This document shows, piece after piece, positions 44,452 through 53,125 of a stretch of DNA of 64,000 nucleotides. A program made the translations under genes and the position numbers. The notes under the pieces were generated by a model. The model saw only the letters and a program-made list of their open reading frames with translations, did no database searches and was not told the origin of the DNA. The stretch is from a virus. Every line of letters starts with the position of its first letter. Position 1 is the stretch's first letter. The DNA is taken from the IMG/VR virus record IMGVR_UViG_3300029240_000008; one strand, given 5' to 3'.

Positions 44452-44706
44452 CTATTTCGCCACGTTTTCGCCATAATACAAAGAAAAGCCCCGACAATAC
44501 ATCGGGGCAACTTTGGAAATTTTCTTCTTTATTCTTTTGTTAATTCGGTCTATGGTTCTCGGACTATACCCCATAAGTTCAGATGCTTCCCATAGTGTCT
44601 TTTCGCCATAAGCCCGTAATCGAAACAGTTTTTCTTCTCTGGAATCGAAGCCTGCTTCTTTTAAATAAAATTTTCTTTCATCTTCTGAAAAGTCTGTATA
44701 ATTCAT
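44452..44706 (-). CDS. sigma-70 region-4-like HTH protein
   Basis: GGGAGGACGGTGG SD and MNYTDF at 44706. The HTH reads LWEASELMGYSPRTIDRINKRIKKKI. Confidence 0.5.
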   Translation of the reverse strand: MNYTDFSEDERKFYLKEAGFDSREEKLFRLRAYGEKTLWEASELMGYSPRTIDRINKRIKKKISKVAPMYCRGFSLYYGENVAK

Positions 44707-44735
44707 ATTTCCACCGTCCTCCCTTACAAGTGGAA

Positions 44736-45047
44736 TCAAACTGGAAGAATACCGCTTAACATAAAACCGATAACTGCGCTGACAATCGCTGTAATAACGC
44801 ATACAATGATTGTATCGTAACGCTTTCCCGGGACTGCCATGAGAGTCTTTATATTGTTATTCATCTCATCCACAGTCGACTTGATATGGTTCAAGTCATT
44901 CTCACTTAATGCTGTCTTTCTTTCCAGTTCCCCGATACGCTCATAAAATTCTTTACTACGATCAGATTGCTTCTCTTGCATCAGCTGAAAATTCTTTTCC
45001 AGTTCTTCTATGCGGTGTTCATTAAAACATTCATGTTCACATCCCAT
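44736..45047 (-). CDS. XhlA-like membrane-anchored coiled-coil protein
   Basis: An N-terminal coiled coil (HRIEELEKNFQLMQEKQ...LERKTALSENDLNHIKSTVDEM) plus a single C-terminal TM (TIIVCVITAIVSAVIGFMLSGIL). This is the XhlA architecture. Confidence 0.5.
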   Translation of the reverse strand: MGCEHECFNEHRIEELEKNFQLMQEKQSDRSKEFYERIGELERKTALSENDLNHIKSTVDEMNNNIKTLMAVPGKRYDTIIVCVITAIVSAVIGFMLSGILPV

Positions 45048-45159
45048 CGCCAGTTCCTTTCTTCACTCCCTTAACATTTGCTTTTCCCTACTGAATATAA
45101 GCAACCCAGCGGCACTCCGGGAGGACAACATACTGTGCCACGTGACCCAACCATCTTAG

Positions 45160-45486
45160 TTAAATTAAACTTCCTGCAAATGGAAAAACGCCATGATTGA
45201 TATATATTTCCGTTTCGGATTCCCATTTTCGACTTACTGAATTTTCAGAGTGCGATTCTTGGAACTCGGCCCCCTGTTTCACAAGGAAATAGAGAGCCAG
45301 ATCAAATATGCAATCATAACAGCATTCCATATCGGTATTGATTTTTTCGTCTGTATATCCAGACGGATAGTTGCGTTTCTTTTTGAATGAACGAATTGCA
45401 CGCTTCACAGACAAAGAAATCATACCGTCAGTTTCCACATCATCGGATAGATACTCTTTCAGATCATTCACAAGCCGTTCGTCCAT
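45160..45486 (-). CDS. head-tail connector (gp6-like) protein
   Basis: 108 aa. LKEYLSDDVETDGMISLSVKRAIRSFKKKRNYP fits the pattern. It lies after the capsid gene. Confidence 0.5.
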   Translation of the reverse strand: MDERLVNDLKEYLSDDVETDGMISLSVKRAIRSFKKKRNYPSGYTDEKINTDMECCYDCIFDLALYFLVKQGAEFQESHSENSVSRKWESETEIYINHGVFPFAGSLI

Positions 45487-45496
45487 TCAAGATCAC

Positions 45497-45601
45497 CTAC
45501 CCTTGCTGAGATAAAATTTCAGAGATAATACCAGCCTTATTTGTCGATGTCAGGGCATAGCCATTGTCACTTGCGAGCTGTTTCAGTTGAACTACTGTCA
45601 T
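45497..45601 (-). CDS. HeH/SAP (Rho_N-like) motif peptide; may instead be the end of a -1 frameshift extension of the capsid protein
   Basis: MTVVQLKQLASDNGYALTSTNKAGIISEILSQQG has only a weak SD. The frame is open without an upstream start codon all the way back to the capsid stop. Confidence 0.35.
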   Translation of the reverse strand: MTVVQLKQLASDNGYALTSTNKAGIISEILSQQG

Positions 45602-45696
45602 GCTTGACAGCTCGCTTTCTGTATGCTTGTGTTTTGAAGCATCATTAACACTTACTACAGATGGTGACTGGCTGTTCTCGTCGAGACTATGCCCGT

Positions 45697-46734
45697 TTAT
45701 TCCCCCGCTTTGGTACCGATTACGATACCGCCATTAGCTTTTGCTGCTACTGGAATAAACATACCTGATGCTTTAGTCCAAACTGCAACTGGGTCTTGTG
45801 TAGCCCACATGGACAGTGTTACGAAAGAACGGTTTTCTTCCTGAATGAACTGTCTGTATTCAAGTTCCTCAGGTGTTACGCCCCAGAGTCCAGTGCCAAA
45901 TGAACCGTTCGGTTCTGCTTCATACAGAGTGAATACATCCTCTTTGAAGTATCTTCCTGTTTTGAGTGAACCATCTGCTTTTCTGAATTTGAATTTCTCG
46001 TCACAACGATCAATTGTGATTCCGTATTCCTGCATAAGCAGATTAGCAAGCTCCTGTTTTGTCAGAAGACGTTTGTTTGCTGCTCCTAAGACCGCTGTCT
46101 GCATTGCAGTGTTGTTTCTCATATAGTTAATCATTTTGAGAGATGTAAGGGCTTTGTTTACTACGAAGCCATTGTCTTCTGCGATAGCAACCATCTTCTG
46201 AATATCACCCATGATGTCCGCATCTGGCTTAGACCAGTCTGTCATTTCTACCTTTGCGCTGGACGGAACGCCGTAATCAATGCTCATATCAACGTTGTTC
46301 TCTTTGACTTTTACTGCACCAGTAGAAAGGAACTGTCCTTTCATGACATTTGCTCTGGCAACAACGCCTTCAAACAGGTTAGCTGCATCATCAAATACAA
46401 ATCTCTTTAAGTTCTCGTCATCCGGCACACCATTTTCAATTGCCTGCTGTAATCTCTCAGACTGATTAATTTTTCTCTTAATAAAGAGCTTTTCAGTCAG
46501 GACTTTTTCGAAGCCCGGTCTTGTTCCGATTTCTGCTTCAGTATCAAGTGCATGAACGAATGCTACCTCTGGAAATCTCTGTCCAGCCATAAGTCTGTAG
46601 TATTCAGCTTTCAGGAACTGGGTTTTGACATCCGGGAAGATGGTGTCAAGAATGCCCGGTCTTTTTACGCTGAAATCTTGAGAAAAGTTAAGTCTTTCTT
46701 CCTGTGTGATTGATTCTAAAATATTAAATGGCAT
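45697..46734 (-). CDS. major capsid protein (gpE-like family)
   Basis: 345 aa located after the scaffold and decoration genes. The N-terminus MPFNILESITQEERLNF...YYRLMAGQRFPEVAF resembles the major-capsid-protein-E type. Confidence 0.7.
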   Translation of the reverse strand: MPFNILESITQEERLNFSQDFSVKRPGILDTIFPDVKTQFLKAEYYRLMAGQRFPEVAFVHALDTEAEIGTRPGFEKVLTEKLFIKRKINQSERLQQAIENGVPDDENLKRFVFDDAANLFEGVVARANVMKGQFLSTGAVKVKENNVDMSIDYGVPSSAKVEMTDWSKPDADIMGDIQKMVAIAEDNGFVVNKALTSLKMINYMRNNTAMQTAVLGAANKRLLTKQELANLLMQEYGITIDRCDEKFKFRKADGSLKTGRYFKEDVFTLYEAEPNGSFGTGLWGVTPEELEYRQFIQEENRSFVTLSMWATQDPVAVWTKASGMFIPVAAKANGGIVIGTKAGE

Positions 46735-46746
46735 CTGCTTACCTCC

Positions 46747-47091
46747 TTAAAATTCTGGGTCTGTAGTGGTTACAAAAACGATACCTGCTTTTTCAAGCTC
46801 TGTTTTCGCAGTGGTTTCTACTGTTACCGGAAGTCTTTTTTCAAGAACACGTCCTGCAACAATTACGGAAATCGGTCGTTTTGTATCGTCTGTCATATCG
46901 ACGTCTTCAAACACAATGCCTTTAGCACCAGTTGCGTTTGTCGGATATACAGAACCTGCCTTGATAATCTTCTTAGTTCCAACGGTTTCAGCATTTGTCT
47001 GTTCTGCTGTATAGGTTTTAAGTACCAGTCCTACCTCGGATTCGAGGATATTAGGTGTGGATTCGTACTGCTCTGTTTTCATAAAAGCCAT
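46747..47091 (-). CDS. head decoration-like protein
   Basis: 114 aa between the scaffold and capsid genes. A DUF2190-like position and size. Confidence 0.45.
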   Translation of the reverse strand: MAFMKTEQYESTPNILESEVGLVLKTYTAEQTNAETVGTKKIIKAGSVYPTNATGAKGIVFEDVDMTDDTKRPISVIVAGRVLEKRLPVTVETTAKTELEKAGIVFVTTTDPEF

Positions 47092-47109
47092 AATCTAAAT
47101 CTCCTTTTC

Positions 47110-47736
47110 TTAAATATTTACTGGGGCATTATCATCTGCCGGTTTATTTTCTGGATACATTTTTGCTGAGTACGCTTTTGCATATTCAGATGCTTCGCTT
47201 TTCTTTTCTGGTTCTCCACCAGGTTTACCGCCACCCGGATTAGGTGTGTTTTCAAGGGCTTCTTTTTCCCATGCGGCTTTTGCTGTATCAAGCGTTGATT
47301 TATTTACTTCGGAAATTCCATCAACAAAAGTCTGGGCTTCTTTGAGTGCATCTTCAGCATCCATATTTGAAAATGCTTTGATTGCTCCTGCGTAGGCATC
47401 TCCTTTCATTCCTGCACTCGCAAAAATAGAAGTGATTTTGCCTGTCAGGGCATCTTTCTGAGCTGCTTTGAGTGCAGATTCGAGATCAGAAATTCTTTTT
47501 TCATTTGTTGCCTTCTCTTTCTGATGCTCCAATTCTGTTCTTTCAGCTTCGCTCATGTTCTGCTTTTTCAGTTCTTCCAGTTCTGTTTCCAACGCTTTTG
47601 CTTTTTCTGCATCTTCTTTTAATTTCTGATTTTTGGCTTTTTCCTTAGCCACATCAGAATTTGACTGATTCAGGAAAGAGGTAATCTGCTCATCGGTTGC
47701 ATCTGGAAAGATCTTCTTTACATCTTCTCTTGTCAT
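47110..47736 (-). CDS. scaffolding protein
   Basis: 208 aa. It is highly charged with an alpha-helical coiled coil (KEKAKNQKLKEDAEKAKALETELEELKKQ). It lies upstream of the capsid gene. Confidence 0.65.
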   Translation of the reverse strand: MTREDVKKIFPDATDEQITSFLNQSNSDVAKEKAKNQKLKEDAEKAKALETELEELKKQNMSEAERTELEHQKEKATNEKRISDLESALKAAQKDALTGKITSIFASAGMKGDAYAGAIKAFSNMDAEDALKEAQTFVDGISEVNKSTLDTAKAAWEKEALENTPNPGGGKPGGEPEKKSEASEYAKAYSAKMYPENKPADDNAPVNI

Positions 47737-47831
47737 TGAAATCTCCTTTCACCAATACGCTTTTTTTACGCTGTTCGCTCAGCTCAAGGTGTCTCCCATG
47801 ATTACGCTATCGGGATGCATATTTTTTTTAA

Positions 47832-47859
47832 TAAAAAAGAGACGATTTTACTCGTCTCT
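47832..47859 (-). terminator. intrinsic terminator
   Basis: On the minus strand: AGAGACGA-GTAAAA-TCGTCTCT followed by TTTTTTATT. Confidence 0.65.
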
Positions 47860-47862
47860 AAA

Positions 47863-48516
47863 TCAACTGTATTGAATTGAACACCGGCAGTTCACAACCT
47901 CATCTGCCGAAGCTCCTAGCGAGGTGTCTTTTGGAAATTGTAGTAAGCTATCTCCAACCGAAAACGGCTCATCAATCGGGAGTATGGTTCCTCCGACTTC
48001 AAGGTGTGTCTTTCGTTCCCTTTTGTCTCCTACGTCAATCCATTTCTTCTTTGTCTTTCCTGCTTTCACAGCTTTTGAATACTGTCTGTAATTCAGTATC
48101 GAATTAGCTTCGCATTCTGAAATAAACATTGTCCGGTCATTTGACAGGTAATAATCATCAGTAATGCTTTTGTCTTCGGCAGAAAATCTTTCAAATGTTG
48201 CATCAATAATTTGTTTTGTCACGTCAAGAGCATATTGCTTGATATATGTGTCTATAAGCATATACGAAGCAATTACATCCAGATATTTGTCGTAAAATTG
48301 AGTCTGAATGTATTCTTGATCTGATTCTCCACTTTCTATGGTTGTTTCTATCAACGCTAAAATATAAAGGACAACTTCTTCCATTTGTTCAGAAAAAGCT
48401 ATCCTTTCTTGCTTTTCTTTGTCTGATATTGACATTTTGCTGAAATATTCTTTATACGGTTCACTTCTGCGATTGTTGGGCCTGATATTTAATTCATCGT
48501 ATGATGAAATACTCAT
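47863..48516 (-). CDS. minor head protein (Mu F / SPP1 gp7-like)
   Basis: The C-terminal KRERKTHLEVGGTILPIDEPF...VVNCRCSIQY is the Mu-F family signature. The gene follows the portal gene. Confidence 0.7.
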   Translation of the reverse strand: MSISSYDELNIRPNNRRSEPYKEYFSKMSISDKEKQERIAFSEQMEEVVLYILALIETTIESGESDQEYIQTQFYDKYLDVIASYMLIDTYIKQYALDVTKQIIDATFERFSAEDKSITDDYYLSNDRTMFISECEANSILNYRQYSKAVKAGKTKKKWIDVGDKRERKTHLEVGGTILPIDEPFSVGDSLLQFPKDTSLGASADEVVNCRCSIQYS

Positions 48517-49967
48517 TCTGAAATCACATCCTTATTGAAGCCATTCAGCAAATCTTGCGCTTTCTGCAACTCTGAGTCTGGGTCTGCCAATTCCGGATAA
48601 ATGGTTCCGAGATATGGCAAACTCATTTCATATACTTTTTGTGGATCACTAAATAATCCGCAAGTAATCAGCGCAATAAGCGGATGAATTTTATTTTTGA
48701 ACAGATAATCAAGTGCCTGCGCTTTGACAAGCATGTTATCCGTTGGGTTTCTGGTGATTTTTACATCAAAATCTCTGGTCGAAATATTTACATCCATTGA
48801 AGTTTTTCGGATGATATTCAAAATAATTCTGGCAGATGCTTTTTCAGCTTCTTTCGTAAATGCTTCTACCAATTTTGCGTCTCGTTCTGCAAAATCCCAA
48901 CCATTCCTCAGATACACCGCATTCCCTGTGTCTCCACCGGTATTGCCCTGTCGATTCGGCATTGCTTCTACAATCAGCATATTGTTGTAAATATCATCTT
49001 TTGCAACCTGACTTTCTGACTGATTTAGTTCAGCAGTCATTAAATCAACATCTGATTGCGTTCCATTCCCGACGTCTTTTACGGATACAGCACCGAGTTT
49101 TATCATTTTTACAAATTCTGCTTCGTCAATCTCACAGTTTTTGAATTTCATTAGGGCTTGCACGAACTGTTCAACCCCATTCAGTCTGTCAGATTGATAT
49201 TTGTTGATTGCATCATACATTGTGATCGCAATTTCAATGTCAGAAAGTCTGTCGTGATTATTTGGATATTCAATGATAGGAATACCGCCAAAACCATTGA
49301 TTCCAGATTCTGTTACCGCTCCATTTTGTATTTTGAAATACTGTCTGGAAGAATAACACTGGTAATACTGCTGATTGTCCTCGTCTTTTAAAATCTGGAC
49401 GGAAAGCACTGGTTTGCCAGTAACGCTTGAATAAACAATATATACATCCTGCGGTGATGGGATAAATATTCTGAAAGGCGGTAAGTCTCCATCCTTTGTC
49501 CATTCATCCTCTCTTAGAATTGCTTTATATGCAGTTCCTACTGCGCTCTGGTATATTCCAAGCTGAATGTTTCTGGCGTCTGAATTGGCTTCGTCCAGAT
49601 AATCATTGAGCCTATCAACTTGTTCGTTTGTTTCTTCACTCGCTTTTTTCTTCTTGCAGACATACTGAATAGGTTCTCCGTATATCTGTCCTGCCTTGAA
49701 TTTGACTGTTTCAAGGGCATGATTCTCAACAACTTTATTGTTGACCTCTGGGCGAACAAGTTTTTCACGATATAAAATTGGCTGATCGCCTTTGTAATAT
49801 CTGTAAAGATAATCCATCAGGGTTCTATTCCTGTTATGGATTCCGATTGTATCAGAAAGGACCTGTGCCACGTTCTGGGGAGTAATCTGGTCTACGCCAG
49901 TATAGGCAGTTTTTCTGCCAAACTCGCCTTGGCATAGGTCAACAAAATTTATTTTGTTTCTCCCCAC
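48513..49967 (-). CDS. portal protein (SPP1 Gp6-like)
   Basis: AGGAGGACAGGCA SD and a GTG at 49967 (VGRNKINFVDL). About 484 aa, lying between the terL side and the MuF-like gene. Confidence 0.75.
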   Translation of the reverse strand: MGRNKINFVDLCQGEFGRKTAYTGVDQITPQNVAQVLSDTIGIHNRNRTLMDYLYRYYKGDQPILYREKLVRPEVNNKVVENHALETVKFKAGQIYGEPIQYVCKKKKASEETNEQVDRLNDYLDEANSDARNIQLGIYQSAVGTAYKAILREDEWTKDGDLPPFRIFIPSPQDVYIVYSSVTGKPVLSVQILKDEDNQQYYQCYSSRQYFKIQNGAVTESGINGFGGIPIIEYPNNHDRLSDIEIAITMYDAINKYQSDRLNGVEQFVQALMKFKNCEIDEAEFVKMIKLGAVSVKDVGNGTQSDVDLMTAELNQSESQVAKDDIYNNMLIVEAMPNRQGNTGGDTGNAVYLRNGWDFAERDAKLVEAFTKEAEKASARIILNIIRKTSMDVNISTRDFDVKITRNPTDNMLVKAQALDYLFKNKIHPLIALITCGLFSDPQKVYEMSLPYLGTIYPELADPDSELQKAQDLLNGFNKDVISE

Positions 49968-49993
49968 TGCCTGTCCTCCTATTTTTCTGCATG

Positions 49994-50089
49994 AAAAAAG
50001 CACCAAGGGTTCTTCCCGGTGCTTATTTTACAGCTTATATTATATAATATATGCAGGTATTATTCAGTATTATCAGGTATTAACTTTCA
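49994..50089 (-). promoter_or_regulatory. cassette A: 34-nt conserved box + -10 (TATAAT) + leader terminator hairpin
   Basis: The box at 50056..50089 is identical to 34521..34554. TATAAT lies at 50039..50044, 11 nt after the box. The hairpin AAGCACC..GGTGCTT plus T6 lies at 49994..50024. Confidence 0.6.
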
Positions 50090-50505
50090 AAATTCTTAAT
50101 GTTTTTGACGATATTCAGTGCTTTCGAATGCAATAATTTCACATGAGAATAGGAATATCCCATTTCACAGGCAATCATTTCAAGCCTTTCATCTTTTACA
50201 TATCGCCTAAACAGCAGATCATACAAATCTGAATTGATATCGCTCACCTTGTCTATTGTTTCAATAATGTCTTGCTTTTTCTTTGTGTATTCAATAACCA
50301 TTTTTTTGATTTCTGTTTGAATGTCAACAAGTTCGCTTACGGCATCGGTCATTTGATTGGGATTCGGAGTAGACTGAACTTTTTCACCATATGAGAACGA
50401 TTTAAGCCCAAGAGCAAGACTTCTTAAATGTTCTTCTTCGTATTTTTTATTTTTAATAAGCTTGTCATATTTCTGAATTTGCCCTAAATATTCTCTTGTG
50501 GTCAT
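50080..50505 (-). CDS. ArpU/RinA-like late transcriptional regulator (sigma-r4-like HTH)
   Basis: 141 aa. ERLEMIACEMGYSYSHVKLLHSKALNIV is the HTH. It sits between terL and portal, immediately upstream of cassette A. Confidence 0.5.
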   Translation of the reverse strand: MTTREYLGQIQKYDKLIKNKKYEEEHLRSLALGLKSFSYGEKVQSTPNPNQMTDAVSELVDIQTEIKKMVIEYTKKKQDIIETIDKVSDINSDLYDLLFRRYVKDERLEMIACEMGYSYSHVKLLHSKALNIVKNIKNFES

Positions 50506-50506
50506 A

Positions 50507-52201
50507 TTATCTCCTTCCCCAAAATGGATTCTGTACTGCTGAAACTTCTGCGAGCCTTTTTTCTGTGATTGACATCATAAGTTGTGTTACCCCGTCAGGT
50601 GCATCGTCATGGTCATTGTCCCCAATATATACAAAAGTGGTTAATTCTTCCATGGCATTTTCATATTCTCGGCTGCGATATTTCGGGGCTAAAAATATAA
50701 ATCTATTTTTTACATCTCCTGAGTATTGATTTATTTTTTCTTTTTTAGCTTGCTTTGACGGAGCTTTTGTACTGGTTGTACTGCACGAATACATATGTTC
50801 TTTCAATCGCTCGCTCACATAATATGCGTACATATCTCCACCATTATTTGCCTCAAAGTTAATGTTTTGTATTTTATTCCCCATAATTCTTCCGACAACT
50901 AATGGAAGTGTCACCTCTTTAGGACCTGTATTAAAAATCCAGTCATAAATGTAAATATCTCCATTTTCAAATTCCGCTCCTACGGGCATCGACAAACTGT
51001 CGCCACCACCCCATGCCACATCACAAGCAGATATATTTCTCACAAAACCGCCTTCGGGAAGAATTCCGTTGTAATATCTCAATTCATCTTCTGCAAATAT
51101 AATCCCTTCTCGTAAAAATGGTCTCTGTTGATATTTAGCCTCCCATTCGTTAGCATCAAGTCTGGCTTTCATATCCACATAATACTTTGTAGAAAAGCCA
51201 ACTCCATAATCATATTCGAAGTTTGATTCACCATCATCATTCAAGGCAGGAATCTTACGGAACCTATACAGTGGATTATCTCGATTGAGTTTCTCAATTT
51301 TGCCTAATGGGTCGTACAGATTCCATCTTGTTCCAACCATCAGCTCTCTTGCCCCATCAATTTTACGGTCAACCATTTTGTTCAGATACTCTTGATAAGT
51401 ATTCTCCAAACGAGTAGGGCTTAAAGAATGCTGCCTGTCTCGAACAAGGTCATCCACATACAAATATCCATCAGACGAAATATCAACAGCACCCGTCCAT
51501 GTTCCCTCGATACCGCGGCAAGTCATTGTGGCGAATCGGTCTGGCTTGTCCAAATTTATCTCAAAATCATCAGCACTTTGCTTTTGCAATTTTGATTTTG
51601 GAAATATATCACTGTAGGTATATTCTTGTGTGTTTATGAGATTTAGAAGTTCGCCATAGAAGCCCTTTGCCAGTTTTCCGGAATGACCACCCATTGCATT
51701 GTGGCTGTTTGGTCGTCTTCCCATTATCCATGACATAAAAAATATGCACATAGTACTCTTGCCAACACGACTTGGTAACGACAGACCGTAAAATTCAATT
51801 ATCCTATCTTCCAAATCCTGTAAATCTCGAGCGACTACTTGGAGTGTTTTCTTTCTTGGAATATAAAACTTTTTGCTGTCCGGTCTATTCTTCTCCATGT
51901 ATAACAAATAACTCTCGAACGCCCATGGAGCTTCCAGCAACAAATAATCCCAGTAAATATCATCAAAATTACCATCACCAGTAATAGCAGCTTGCCTTTC
52001 AGCAAGATTATGTGCGTACTGACTGGTTTTTATTGCAATCTTTCTTGCCTCTGGATTCTCATTAAAAGGGAGATCCATGTTCATATTCAGTAACAGATCA
52101 AGGCAGTCTTTCTGATTCTGGTATATCGACATATCCCCACTGATAACCTGATTTAATACCGCCCGATACCATTCGAGCGAACCTTCTGTAATTTTTGACA
52201 T
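50507..52201 (-). CDS. terL: terminase large subunit
   Basis: Walker A is LPSRVGKST and Walker B is YLYVDDL. Nuclease motifs are ACDVAWGGGDS and DHDDAPD. Confidence 0.85.
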   Translation of the reverse strand: MSKITEGSLEWYRAVLNQVISGDMSIYQNQKDCLDLLLNMNMDLPFNENPEARKIAIKTSQYAHNLAERQAAITGDGNFDDIYWDYLLLEAPWAFESYLLYMEKNRPDSKKFYIPRKKTLQVVARDLQDLEDRIIEFYGLSLPSRVGKSTMCIFFMSWIMGRRPNSHNAMGGHSGKLAKGFYGELLNLINTQEYTYSDIFPKSKLQKQSADDFEINLDKPDRFATMTCRGIEGTWTGAVDISSDGYLYVDDLVRDRQHSLSPTRLENTYQEYLNKMVDRKIDGARELMVGTRWNLYDPLGKIEKLNRDNPLYRFRKIPALNDDGESNFEYDYGVGFSTKYYVDMKARLDANEWEAKYQQRPFLREGIIFAEDELRYYNGILPEGGFVRNISACDVAWGGGDSLSMPVGAEFENGDIYIYDWIFNTGPKEVTLPLVVGRIMGNKIQNINFEANNGGDMYAYYVSERLKEHMYSCSTTSTKAPSKQAKKEKINQYSGDVKNRFIFLAPKYRSREYENAMEELTTFVYIGDNDHDDAPDGVTQLMMSITEKRLAEVSAVQNPFWGRR

Positions 52202-52268
52202 AAAAATAGAGCCAGGCCTCCCTTCTCCTTAGGATTTAGTCTGGCTCTCGCGTGGCTCTCTGACTGAT

Positions 52269-52535
52269 TTATTTATTCTTCTCAATAATAATTACTTGAC
52301 CTTCGAAACCAAAATCAGTTGACTGGTCAAATGTATGTGTTTCGGCTGATTCGTTATCTCTCATTGGTCGAGTAAGATACCACAAATCATCGTCTTTCCA
52401 TGTGATTTCTTCCAGTTTTACACCTGGTTTTAATTTTATTGTGGTTGTCCCACCCAAATTCTTTGTTGTCGATTGACATGCTGTTAATCCAAACAGCATC
52501 ATTGATAATAACGCAGCAAAAAATATTTTCTTCAT
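52269..52535 (-). CDS. small lipoprotein
   Basis: MKKIFFAALLSMMLFGLTAC carries the lipobox LTAC. It has an ATGA overlap with the ligase-like gene. Confidence 0.6.
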   Translation of the reverse strand: MKKIFFAALLSMMLFGLTACQSTTKNLGGTTTIKLKPGVKLEEITWKDDDLWYLTRPMRDNESAETHTFDQSTDFGFEGQVIIIEKNK

Positions 52536-53125
52536 AAACTCTCCCTTTCCCCCTTTACTGGCCATTCAAAACCAAAATCTGAACGCTTGATTTTACATTG
52601 TGGGCTTCCGCCTTTCCAGAAAACTAATCCCTCTATTCTATGTTCGGAAAGATATTTCTTGATTCCTTCAAATGTTCGTTCGACTTCTACAACATTTCTC
52701 CCATGCGGGACAAGATCATCGTAATTATAGTTATATGGATTTCCACTAAAATGTTTTCCAATAGCTTCATACGTGCCGTCCACCCATGGGCTAAGATTAC
52801 ATTGCATTGAAAAGTTATACGCTTTTACAAACCACTTATCAGACGGATTATTCTCATCAACCTTTACCCATCCCGGCCAATGACCTGTAATTGCGTCTGG
52901 TTCGCAACAGGGAATAAATCCCTCTGGTGGTATTTTGCCCTTCTTACAGTCATATCGTTTATAAATTTTTCCGTCAATTACTGCACAACAAGAGCCGTCG
53001 TATTTGACTGTTGCAATCCCTTCTCCTTCAAGCACCCATTCCATGCCCGGATGCACTTTCGGAAAAACCTTTGCAACGTTATGGTCTTTAAATTCTCGTT
53101 CAAACAATGTTGGTATCTTTTTCAT
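52532..53125 (-). CDS. minimal ATP-dependent RNA/DNA ligase-like nucleotidyltransferase
   Basis: Motif I is ATVKYDGS (KxDG). Motif IV is IEGLVFW. Motif V is CKIKRSDFG. The product is 197 aa. Confidence 0.6.
   Translation of the reverse strand: MKKIPTLFEREFKDHNVAKVFPKVHPGMEWVLEGEGIATVKYDGSCCAVIDGKIYKRYDCKKGKIPPEGFIPCCEPDAITGHWPGWVKVDENNPSDKWFVKAYNFSMQCNLSPWVDGTYEAIGKHFSGNPYNYNYDDLVPHGRNVVEVERTFEGIKKYLSEHRIEGLVFWKGGSPQCKIKRSDFGFEWPVKGERESL

Noticed and set aside
44199-44510. 103-aa ORF overlapping the start of the Q/P/Y-rich gene; its MIMLRNPYEG start has a decent SD.
   Set aside because: Most of it is an alternative frame of CAG/CAA-rich sequence that naturally stays open. A short upstream peptide cannot be excluded, but the long version is unlikely.
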